Translations under genes and position numbers: made by a program
Notes under the pieces: generated by a model
The model's input: the letters and a program-made list of their open reading frames with translations, nothing else
Database searches by the model: none
What the model was told of the DNA's origin: nothing
IMG/VR virus record: IMGVR_UViG_3300038505_000020
Span: 1 to 40,104 of that record
DNA from: a virus
Reading direction: 5' to 3' (one strand)
DNA length: 40,104 nt
Shown here: positions 6,660-13,491 of the stretch, piece after piece
Numbering within the stretch: position 1 is the first letter of the stretch
Layout: the number at the start of each line of letters is the position of its first letter

Positions 6660-7022
6660 TTACTCCCATACTTTCTTTTCTTTGAATTCATATTTTATTT
6701 CCAAATCTTTAACTTTTAATTTTTTTAAACTTGTCCCTAAAACTTCTATCTTATCTATAGATTTCTCAGGGATTTCCTTCATTTTTATTAACTCTTTTAA
6801 AATAAAAATCAAATTCTCAATGCTATTGGATTTAAGCATGCCAAAGCTCTTTCCAGGATAGAAATTATTTACATCATCGATTCTATTTAAATCACCTTTA
6901 TTTAGTAAATTATTTATTTCTATCCTCAAAGCATCCGCAACTTTTTTTCTATCATTTTTCAATTCATTAATTTTTTTCCTGAATTCAATTCTGTAATTAG
7001 TTAATTTTTCATCTTCTCTCAT
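6660..7022 (-). CDS. Hypothetical protein, charged and probably coiled coil.
   Basis: 120-aa ORF that abuts the upstream gene with a 5-nt gap. Confidence 0.4.
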   Translation of the reverse strand: MREDEKLTNYRIEFRKKINELKNDRKKVADALRIEINNLLNKGDLNRIDDVNNFYPGKSFGMLKSNSIENLIFILKELIKMKEIPEKSIDKIEVLGTSLKKLKVKDLEIKYEFKEKKVWE

Positions 7023-7027
7023 TTTTT

Positions 7028-8242
7028 TTATTCCTCCATCTCTTCATTTTTATAAATAAAGCCCAAGCCAAAAATTTCTTTCATTTTCTCCAATTCATCT
7101 TTATCAACAAATCTCAAATCAATATTGCTCATTGATTGCTTTAGTATGCTTTCAACAATTGTTTGATTTGTCTTTGTATCTATCGATTCAACAAATGTAA
7201 AAAATGAATCTATTAAATACTTAATAAATTTTTCCCATTTTAAAGAATCGTTATAAGTAAATAAGATTTCATTTATGCTTGATTTTGGCTCATTCAATAA
7301 ATTGTTTTTATCTTCATCAATAATTTTTTGAATATATTGCTTTGTTGTGTTTGTCTCTGAACCACTTCTTTTTTTGTAAAGCTCAAACTTAATGATGTCC
7401 TCAATTGAGTTTCCCTCATTGAGTAAATCAATAATAATTTTTTTCTTGCGATAATCATTTACTTCTTTTATGCTTGGGGGAGATATATATATTGCCTTAG
7501 TATCCTTTAAATTAAAGTAAGAATATAAAGCAATTTGTATTTTATTTTGAATCGGCATTTCATCAAATGATGAAATTTTTTTACTTGTAGTTTTTAATTC
7601 ATATATATAATTTTTTGACTCCCAATCAAGGAAAATGTAAAAGTCCAAAAAATCATAAAAAAACTTATGATTTATTTTCTTTGAAACTTGATATTGGATA
7701 AAACCTTCCTCATTTTTTACTTTTCTGAAATGATCAATTGAGTCATTCTTTACTAGCTCAATTGTAGTAAATTCTTCTTGAATTAGGGAAATAATTTTTT
7801 CTATTTCTTCTGCATTTAGCCATTTGGGAAGATCTTTTTCATCCTCGATTAGTGTTAATATATTATTTCTCAAATTGGAAATAAAAATTTCTTTCCCTGA
7901 CTTAATGTCATTCATGAATGAATCCTTAACCTTACTTTTTGTATTTTCGTTTTTAAACATTTGCAGTATTTCGTGAACGACATTAAAAAAATAGTAATAT
8001 TCATAATCAAAGTCTTTGTTTTCCAAAGCAGCTGCAATATGGAACTCAATTGTTTTTCCTCTAATCATTTTAATTTTTGGATAATTACTCTTTTGTTTTA
8101 GTATTTTATCCAAAGAAAATAATAATCTATTTGAGTAGAACTTGCTTAAGCTACTTGAAGAAAGATGATCAATTCCCAGTATATTTAATTTACTAAATAT
8201 ATTATTTACTTGTTTTTTTGTAAAAATTTTTTTATTTCTCAT
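7028..8242 (-). CDS. PD-(D/E)xK (RecB/Cas4-like) nuclease, probably a recombination exonuclease.
   Basis: 404 aa with FLDW...YIYELKTTSKK...QIALYSY, which matches the D ... E-x-K ... Q-x-x-x-Y pattern. An RBS (AAGGAG) lies upstream. Confidence 0.5.
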   Translation of the reverse strand: MRNKKIFTKKQVNNIFSKLNILGIDHLSSSSLSKFYSNRLLFSLDKILKQKSNYPKIKMIRGKTIEFHIAAALENKDFDYEYYYFFNVVHEILQMFKNENTKSKVKDSFMNDIKSGKEIFISNLRNNILTLIEDEKDLPKWLNAEEIEKIISLIQEEFTTIELVKNDSIDHFRKVKNEEGFIQYQVSKKINHKFFYDFLDFYIFLDWESKNYIYELKTTSKKISSFDEMPIQNKIQIALYSYFNLKDTKAIYISPPSIKEVNDYRKKKIIIDLLNEGNSIEDIIKFELYKKRSGSETNTTKQYIQKIIDEDKNNLLNEPKSSINEILFTYNDSLKWEKFIKYLIDSFFTFVESIDTKTNQTIVESILKQSMSNIDLRFVDKDELEKMKEIFGLGFIYKNEEMEE

Positions 8243-8284
8243 TTTTAATCTCCTTATTTTGTTTTAAATCTTAATTAAAAAAAA

Positions 8285-8304
8285 ATTTATCACTACAATA
8301 GTAG
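8285..8304 (-). promoter_or_regulatory. CTAC-N4-GTAG palindrome (8293-8304) followed on the minus strand by TGATAAAT; candidate promoter/operator for the nuclease gene.
   Basis: The minus strand reads TTTCTACTATTGTAGTGATAAATTTTTTTTT, then AAGGAG and the ATG at 8242. The architecture matches the 6344 and 6626 sites. Confidence 0.35.
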
Positions 8305-8328
8305 AAATATAAATAACTATGCTTTTAC

Positions 8329-8733
8329 CTAGGTATTAATTAATAATTTTTTTATCTCCAATATATCTTTAGAGATACTTATGTGATGAATGTCACAAAG
8401 AGATTCATAATATAGAATATTATGTAAATTTACACTTCTTCTAAAAAAAAGAGTGTATTCATCCCCCTGAAAATTTGTAACTTCATCACTATCGTCCAAA
8501 AAAATAACATCACCAGTGTAAGCTCTATTGTTTATTATTGTCTGTTTTATCTTATAATCATTTTTTTTATGGAATTCCAATAAGCATTTTTCCCAGAATT
8601 CAATAAATTTTTTATCAGCTAGTCTTCTACTATTGAAATCATAGATCTCTCTAGCAACAAGCTCTTCAGTTTTATCATTTATTAATGTCATTATTTGTGT
8701 AAAAATTGTTAATTCTGATTTTATTATATTCAT
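8329..8733 (-). CDS. Hypothetical protein.
   Basis: 134-aa ORF with an RBS (AAGGAG) 7 nt upstream. Confidence 0.45.
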   Translation of the reverse strand: MNIIKSELTIFTQIMTLINDKTEELVAREIYDFNSRRLADKKFIEFWEKCLLEFHKKNDYKIKQTIINNRAYTGDVIFLDDSDEVTNFQGDEYTLFFRRSVNLHNILYYESLCDIHHISISKDILEIKKLLINT

Positions 8734-8768
8734 ATCGATCTCCTTAATTTTATTTAAAATTTATTAAC

Positions 8769-8796
8769 AAAAAAAAAGGGATGGTTTCCCATCCCC
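8769..8796 (-). terminator. Intrinsic terminator.
   Basis: The minus strand reads GGGGATGG-gaaa-CCATCCC followed by T9. Confidence 0.75.
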
Positions 8797-8826
8797 TGCA
8801 ATAGTAGAGATAATCTACAATAGTAG
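8796..8826. promoter_or_regulatory. Two adjacent palindromes: CTGCAATAGTAGAGATAAT (8796-8814) and CTACAATAGTAG (8815-8826).
   Basis: They belong to the same motif family as 6344, 6626, 8293 and 9378. The first abuts the terminator stem. Confidence 0.4.
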
Positions 8827-8833
8827 ATATTTG

Positions 8834-8872
8834 TTTACTACTTATTTATTTACTACTTATTTATTTACTTAA
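8834..8872. repeat. Tandem 15-bp direct repeat (TTTACTACTTATTTA), 2 full copies plus a partial third.
   Basis: Copies at 8834-8848 and 8849-8863, partial at 8864-8872. It overlaps the stop codon of the 8861..9316 gene. Confidence 0.8.
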
Positions 8873-9316
8873 TTTTTCGTTTATCTCCTTTTCTAAATCA
8901 CTACTTGACGCATGGAAATTTCTTATAAACCCATGATCGCTTATATTATATCTTGCACTTTCAGGAATATAAGAAATTTCTTCCTTGTGTTTTTTTATTG
9001 ATCCAATTACTCTTTCAATTGAATAAAAGTGTCCCAAAAAGCAATTGTTATTCTCTCTACCTCGACCCTCAAAATAGTAAAGAGAATATTTACTTTTAGC
9101 ATTCATAATTCTGAATGCATGATTTATTTTGAATCCTATTCTTTCCGATTTTTTTGAAAAATTTTTCAGGTTTTCTTCAACGGAAAGATTTTTATCATAG
9201 TTAAAAATTTTTTTATCAAAAAATTTTCTCATGATAAAAATTTCATTGTCTTTGTATTTCGAGATAATGATATTATCATTATCTTCTTCTACTTTATAAT
9301 AGAAATTTTTTTCCAT
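8861..9316 (-). CDS. Hypothetical protein.
   Basis: The track ORF 8861..9406 begins inside the terminator/palindrome cassette. The plausible start is the ATG at 9316 (MEKNFYYKVEE...), preceded by AAAGGAG. Confidence 0.45.
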   Translation of the reverse strand: MEKNFYYKVEEDNDNIIISKYKDNEIFIMRKFFDKKIFNYDKNLSVEENLKNFSKKSERIGFKINHAFRIMNAKSKYSLYYFEGRGRENNNCFLGHFYSIERVIGSIKKHKEEISYIPESARYNISDHGFIRNFHASSSDLEKEINEKLSK

Positions 9317-9347
9317 TTTTTGCTCCTTTGTTTTAAATTTATTAAGT

Positions 9348-9378
9348 AAAAAAAAAAGGGATGGTTTTACCCATCCCC
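9348..9378 (-). terminator. Intrinsic terminator, a paralogous copy of 8769-8796.
   Basis: The minus strand reads GGGGATGG-gtaaaa-CCATCCC followed by T10. Confidence 0.75.
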
Positions 9379-9392
9379 TACTATAGTAGAGA
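9378..9392. promoter_or_regulatory. Palindrome CTACTATAGTAG plus AGA, fused to the terminator stem.
   Basis: The plus strand reads CCCC-CTACTATAGTAG-AGATAAT. The 46-48 bp block formed by the A-run, hairpin and palindrome is duplicated at 8769-8814. Confidence 0.4.
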
Positions 9393-9395
9393 TAA

Positions 9396-9417
9396 TAGCT
9401 AGACAAAAGTCTAGCTA
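9396..9417 (-). other. Perfect 9-bp stem hairpin directly after the stop of the 9422..9715 gene.
   Basis: TAGCTAGAC-aaaa-GTCTAGCTA. Confidence 0.6.
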
Positions 9418-9421
9418 TTAA

Positions 9422-9715
9422 TTACTTTTTGAATTGGCTTAAGTCCAAATTTGTAGCCAACTCAAGAAAACTTGAATCTGTTTTGATTTCAAATGATCCT
9501 GAATAAAAAGATCCATTGAAATCAAAAACAAACCAGTTGAACAAAGCATATGAATTTTTCCCACTTTCATATGCTTTGTTTAAAAAGCTCAGACAGTCGC
9601 CTAAGCTATTAAAATTTTCTATTTCCTCGTATTTTTTTTTAGCAAACCATTCAATTGGTTTGCGAACCGATTCTTTTTCTTGTTTGTATCTATAATCACA
9701 AATAAACATTTTCAA
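9422..9715 (-). CDS. Early small protein, paralog of 9712..10011.
   Basis: 97 aa. The C-terminus WFVFDFNGSFYSGSFEIKTDSSFLELATNLDLSQFKK aligns with that of its neighbour. Confidence 0.5.
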   Translation of the reverse strand: MKMFICDYRYKQEKESVRKPIEWFAKKKYEEIENFNSLGDCLSFLNKAYESGKNSYALFNWFVFDFNGSFYSGSFEIKTDSSFLELATNLDLSQFKK

Positions 9716-10011
9716 CCTCCAAATTTTTTGAATTGGCTCAAGTCTGGACTTGTAGCTAATTCAATAAATGATTTTCCTTCTTCAATTTTGAAAGATCCAA
9801 AATAACTGGATCCTTCAAAGTCTTGAATAAACCAATTCATTTGCATGTTCTTATAGAACGGATATTCTTTTCTGATTGCAGAATATTCTTCTGAAAGATA
9901 GCCTAAACAACCGCCTAGGCTATCTGCCCTCAAAGCTTCTTTCTTGAGGACTTTTTTGTAATCTGCCCCATATACTGGGGTTTTAATTTCATAGCCAAAA
10001 CTATATCTCAT
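9712..10011 (-). CDS. First early gene; small protein, paralog of 9422..9715.
   Basis: The plausible start is the ATG at 10011 (MRYSFGYEIKTPVYG...), after AAAGGAG. The track's longer 10155 start runs through the promoter. The C-terminus is WFIQDFEGSSYFGSFKIEEGKSFIELATSPDLSQFKK. Confidence 0.5.
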   Translation of the reverse strand: MRYSFGYEIKTPVYGADYKKVLKKEALRADSLGGCLGYLSEEYSAIRKEYPFYKNMQMNWFIQDFEGSSYFGSFKIEEGKSFIELATSPDLSQFKKFGG

Positions 10012-10039
10012 TTTTTGCTCCTTTAATTTTTCTATTTTT

Positions 10040-10068
10040 ACTATCGTATAAAACAAAAAAAAAGTCAA
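10040..10068 (-). promoter_or_regulatory. Main leftward early promoter.
   Basis: On the minus strand, TTGACT (10068..10063), a 17-nt spacer and GATAGT (10045..10040), preceded by the UP-like ATTAAAAAAATGC and phased A-tracts. The RBS and the ATG at 10011 lie about 25 nt downstream. Confidence 0.6.
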
Positions 10069-10084
10069 GCATTTTTTTAATTTT

Positions 10085-10200
10085 TTTTTAAAAAATTTAA
10101 AAAAATTTAAGCCTAAAAAATAAAAAAAATCCCCAAAAATCAGGAAAAATAGCAATACATATACAGCCGATTTTTTTAAATTTTTGATGTTTTTTATATG
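10085..10200. repeat. Intergenic module Z, one of four related ~100-bp modules. It has phased A-tracts, AAAAAATCCCCAAAAAT, a 39-bp spacer with an ATACATATACAG core, and a degenerate inverted arm.
   Basis: By eye it aligns with 13145-13225, 18385-18480 and 18630-18725. Confidence 0.5.
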
Positions 10201-10293
10201 ATCATAATAAAAAAAATTATTTACTAAAAATTATGAATACAAAAAAATAATAACAAGAAAAAACTTTTTTACAAAATTACAAAGGAAAAAATA

Positions 10294-11076
10294 ATGATAA
10301 AAGATCTTATAAAAAAATATTTTATAAATAAATTTAAAATATCAAAGGTAGATAAAGTAGATGAAGTAGATAAAGCAAATGAAGTAGAAGAAACTCAAGA
10401 AATTATTGATAATAGGAAAGAAAATAATAACAAGCTTACTAGAATTAATCCGAGATACAAAATCTATACTGATACAGTCAAGATTTTATCAAATCCCGAA
10501 AATTCACAATTGGACAATAAATTAAGTCCCAATAGTGCTTGCAACGTTACAGCATTGCAAATAGCTATGTCACTTGATTGTAGTATTACTGACGACGAGC
10601 TTTTTATTCTTTGCAATTCCAAAGAGATTGCAGAAAGAGTCAAAAAAAAATATCCAAAAGATTGGTCTTGGATAAAAAATTTTTTTACAAGAAATTGTGC
10701 AAATGAAGTTTGGGTTGTCTTGGAAGAAGTTTGTAAATATATTATTGGAAATGATTATTGCAAGATTATTCACAATTTATCTATTCAAAAAATTATTGAC
10801 GAAATAAATATGGGATATGCTGTAGTTGTCAATGGCAAGTTTACTCATTCGGGACATTTTGTTACAATTGTAGGATATGATCTAAACAAAGGTTCTTATA
10901 TAGTTAATGATCCTTTCGGCGATTGGAATACTAGATATAAAGTAAAAAAATTTCTAAACTTGGAATATTCAATCGAGAAGTTAAAAATAAAAAATACAAT
11001 ACCAAACAATAAAGAAGCTTTTCTTTCCAATATGGCAATCTTAGTTCATTCAGACAGGAGAATTCCAGCTATATGA
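10294..11076 (+). CDS. Papain-like cysteine peptidase (C39-like fold); candidate endolysin.
   Basis: 260 aa. It has a putative Cys nucleophile in PNSACNVTALQIAMSL and a His in GKFTHSGHFVTIVGYD..YIVNDPFG. The N-terminus is encoded by five 9-bp repeats (KVDKVDEVDKANEVEE). It is translationally coupled to the two downstream genes, the last of which is spanin-like. Confidence 0.45.
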   Translation: MIKDLIKKYFINKFKISKVDKVDEVDKANEVEETQEIIDNRKENNNKLTRINPRYKIYTDTVKILSNPENSQLDNKLSPNSACNVTALQIAMSLDCSITDDELFILCNSKEIAERVKKKYPKDWSWIKNFFTRNCANEVWVVLEEVCKYIIGNDYCKIIHNLSIQKIIDEINMGYAVVVNGKFTHSGHFVTIVGYDLNKGSYIVNDPFGDWNTRYKVKKFLNLEYSIEKLKIKNTIPNNKEAFLSNMAILVHSDRRIPAI

Positions 11077-11285
11077 GTAATATTATAAATTTGAAAAAAT
11101 TTATTGAGTTAAATAAGATAGATATAAATTATTTATCAAGCAAATGTGGTATCTCAATTAATAGAATGAAAGAAATTATTGAATCACAAAATAAGATGTC
11201 AGACTATGAAGCATTTAAAATATCAGTTATTTTAAGCATTCCTTTTACAAAATTATATTGCGAGGACATAACAAATGAAAACTAA
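11073..11285 (+). CDS. XRE-family helix-turn-helix protein.
   Basis: 70 aa. LKKFIELNKIDINYLSSKCGISINRMKEIIESQNKMSDYEAFKISVILSIP fits the Cro/C1-type HTH pattern. Its ATG overlaps the upstream stop (ATGA), and it overlaps the next gene by 11 nt. Confidence 0.55.
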   Translation: MSNIINLKKFIELNKIDINYLSSKCGISINRMKEIIESQNKMSDYEAFKISVILSIPFTKLYCEDITNEN

Positions 11286-11676
11286 AATAATTTTTTTACT
11301 GCTTATAACGTCTTGCGTTTCTACTCCAAATTTAAATATAGACAAGCCAAAAGACTACTCACAAGTCATAAAAACATTGGAAAAATCAAATATAGAAACA
11401 AGCTTAAAAGCAAAGGTGGTAAATACAATCAAAGAGCAAGAAGACTATAGTAATAAATGTTATAAAAAAATTATTGAATTGGAAGAAAGATTAAATGAAT
11501 TGGAAGAAGTAAATAAAAAATTGAATCAAGAAAATATTGAGCTTAGGAGAGAGCTAGCTACTTGGCTAGCAATAAAAACTTTTTTCTGGATTGCAATTGT
11601 AGTGATATTGCTTATAGTAGCATTTAGATTTTTATACCCCATCATAAGGCCTATTATGACAGGGCTGCCGATATAA
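11275..11676 (+). CDS. Unimolecular-spanin-like protein: N-terminal lipoprotein signal, coiled coil and a C-terminal transmembrane helix.
   Basis: 133 aa. MKTKIIFLLLITSC provides a lipobox (ITSC). There is a heptad-rich ELEERLNELEEVNKKLNQENIELRREL region. The C-terminal TM segment is WLAIKTFFWIAIVVILLIVAFRFLY. Confidence 0.5.
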   Translation: MKTKIIFLLLITSCVSTPNLNIDKPKDYSQVIKTLEKSNIETSLKAKVVNTIKEQEDYSNKCYKKIIELEERLNELEEVNKKLNQENIELRRELATWLAIKTFFWIAIVVILLIVAFRFLYPIIRPIMTGLPI

Positions 11677-11683
11677 TTTTATT

Positions 11684-12115
11684 TTAGTCAAAATATTTCG
11701 TTTTTCTTTTTATAAATAAAATTTTTCCATTTATCTCTTTGATTCTTAATATGGTTTCTCCAATTTTAAATAAGTCGGGAGTGTACTCGAATAAATCCAT
11801 GCATTGTTCAAAGTAATGGAAAATTTCATAAAAACAATTGTTTTCACGAATGGAAAAAATCCTAAAATCAATTTCTTTAATGTAATTAATGTAAGTCTTA
11901 CTTAGTGCGTAATCATAGAATTTCTCTTTTAATTCATTTTTAACAATATAAAAAAAATTTTTTTCCTTATATTTATCATTTTTAAATTCAAAGCATTTTT
12001 CAAAAAATTCTTCAGAGCCATCAACGTATTCCAAAGTCTCAAAGCAACAGCTATTCTTGAATACAATGATCTCCTTTTCGTAATTCACATAATCCAATTT
12101 AAAATCTTTCTTCAT
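11684..12115 (-). CDS. Hypothetical protein, Cys-rich and cytoplasmic.
   Basis: 143-aa ORF with an RBS (AAGGAG) upstream; the last gene of the leftward accessory operon. Confidence 0.45.
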   Translation of the reverse strand: MKKDFKLDYVNYEKEIIVFKNSCCFETLEYVDGSEEFFEKCFEFKNDKYKEKNFFYIVKNELKEKFYDYALSKTYINYIKEIDFRIFSIRENNCFYEIFHYFEQCMDLFEYTPDLFKIGETILRIKEINGKILFIKRKTKYFD

Positions 12116-12186
12116 TTTTTTATTCTCCTTTTTTGTAAAAAATTAATTAATTATATCAAAAAAAAATTATTTAAAAATTCAATTTT

Positions 12187-12576
12187 TTATTTCTCCAAAT
12201 TTATAGAGCTTGCAAAAAGTAAAAGTGAGTTAAAATTAATTAACTTCATAAACTCATATTGGCAAGTAGGCAAATTGTCGTAATTTATCGTAACAAAAAA
12301 GAAATTGTCTTTTCTTGCTATTGTTAATGTCTCTGAATTTTTAATCTCCCAAAAAAAGTGTCCATTTCTTCCAATTGAATAGTTGCAATATATCCCATCG
12401 CATATCACAGAATCGTAAGCATACATTTTTTTATTTTGCATTTTTATCAAAAATTTATTAAATGTATGAAATTTTTTACCATGATAAAAATAAAAAGGTT
12501 TCAATAAATTATTGCAAGCATTATAAATTGCTAGCTTGCTGTAGTAGTTATTTTGTAGCATCATTTTTACTTTCAT
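12187..12576 (-). CDS. Hypothetical protein, paralog of 12580..13020.
   Basis: 129 aa. YYSKLAIYNACNNLL... and ...CQYEFMKLINFNSLLLFASSI align with the neighbour's SYSKLALYKSCRNLL... and ...NEYEFMRLINFNLLLRFAHSM. Confidence 0.5.
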   Translation of the reverse strand: MKVKMMLQNNYYSKLAIYNACNNLLKPFYFYHGKKFHTFNKFLIKMQNKKMYAYDSVICDGIYCNYSIGRNGHFFWEIKNSETLTIARKDNFFFVTINYDNLPTCQYEFMKLINFNSLLLFASSINLEK

Positions 12577-12579
12577 TTT

Positions 12580-13020
12580 TTATCTCCTGTTTTTTATTTT
12601 TTTTACTTCATTTTCGAAATAAATTTTTTCATTGTTTATATCTCTATCTATAGTCATAGAATGAGCAAAACGCAAAAGTAAATTAAAATTAATTAATCTC
12701 ATAAATTCATATTCATTTATTTTACAATTGCAATAACTTATATTTATTTTCAAGAATTCATTGTTTTTACTTATATTGAATATTTCAAAATCCAAAATAC
12801 CCCAAGAAAAATAATTATTGACTGAATATTTACACCATACATTCCTGGATAGATTAGCATTGAATGAGTTTAATTTTATATCTTGTTTATTTTTAACAAA
12901 ATCTTTAAACTCATTGAATTCTTCATTCTCTGCATAGAATGACAATAGTAGATTTCTACAAGACTTATAAAGTGCAAGTTTACTATATGAGTCTTGTTTA
13001 TATGTGATTTTAATTTTCAT
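12580..13020 (-). CDS. Hypothetical protein, paralog of 12187..12576.
   Basis: 146 aa with an RBS (AAAGGAG) upstream. The alignment is described under the 12187..12576 feature. Confidence 0.5.
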   Translation of the reverse strand: MKIKITYKQDSYSKLALYKSCRNLLLSFYAENEEFNEFKDFVKNKQDIKLNSFNANLSRNVWCKYSVNNYFSWGILDFEIFNISKNNEFLKINISYCNCKINEYEFMRLINFNLLLRFAHSMTIDRDINNEKIYFENEVKKIKNRR

Positions 13021-13144
13021 TTTTTTTAATCTCCTTTTACTTTTAGATTTTTTTTATAGAAATATTTTAACAGCTAAACTTTTGTTTAAATGTTTATTAA
13101 TTCTAATTCATTTTAAATCAAAAAAAGTAAATAATTTTTTAAGT

Positions 13145-13225
13145 TTTTCTAAATTTAAAAAAATTTAGTAAATACAATAAAAAAAATCATTAGAAATAGA
13201 AATACATATACAAAGAGTCTTTTTA
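13145..13225. repeat. Intergenic module W, related to 10085-10200.
   Basis: AAATTTAAAAAAATTTAG...AATAAAAAAAATCATTAGAAATAGAAATACATATACAAAG matches module Z almost position by position. Confidence 0.5.
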
Positions 13226-13399
13226 TTATTTTTGGATCTTTTTTTGGTATTTTTCTAAATTTTTATTTATTATATTTTTATTTATCAATTTTTTATTGAC
13301 TTCTGGAGCAATAACAGAGTCAAAAAACAAACCAAAAAACAAAAGTGCTGGTGCGATATAAAAACAAAATATTTCTTGAAACTTATCAATTTTACTCAT
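13226..13399 (-). CDS. Small single-pass membrane protein.
   Basis: 57 aa starting at the ATG at 13399, which follows GAGG. The product is MSKIDKFQEIFCFYIAPALLFFGLFFDSVIAP plus a basic tail. Confidence 0.4.
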   Translation of the reverse strand: MSKIDKFQEIFCFYIAPALLFFGLFFDSVIAPEVNKKLINKNIINKNLEKYQKKIQK

Positions 13400-13411
13400 T
13401 TTTAACCTCAA

Positions 13412-13491
13412 TTTTTTTCTAAAAATTTTCTAAAAAAATTTCAAAATCATTCCAAACCCATTCCAAAAAATTCTAAAAATTCCAAAGCTTT
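13412..13491. repeat. Array of TTCCAAA / TTCTAAAAA boxes, copy A.
   Basis: TTCTAAAAATTTTCTAAAAAAATTTCAAAATCATTCCAAACCCATTCCAAAAAATTCTAAAAATTCCAAAGC. A ~30-bp block, CATTCCAAAAAATTCTAAAAA(A)TTCCAAA, is shared with 14065-14155. Confidence 0.7.

Noticed and set aside
9317-10155. N-terminal extensions of track ORFs 8861..9406, 9712..10155, 5943..6305 and 13226..13411.
   Set aside because: The extensions translate terminator hairpins, promoter DNA or the RBS itself (TTG AGG AG...). Internal ATGs at 9316, 10011, 6290 and 13399 have properly spaced AGGAG-type RBSs.
10338-10385. Five tandem 9-bp repeats (GTAGATAAA-like) at the 5' end of the peptidase gene.
   Set aside because: They are in frame and encode a KVD/EVD acidic-basic linker. 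They are probably slippage-generated low complexity rather than a regulatory element.
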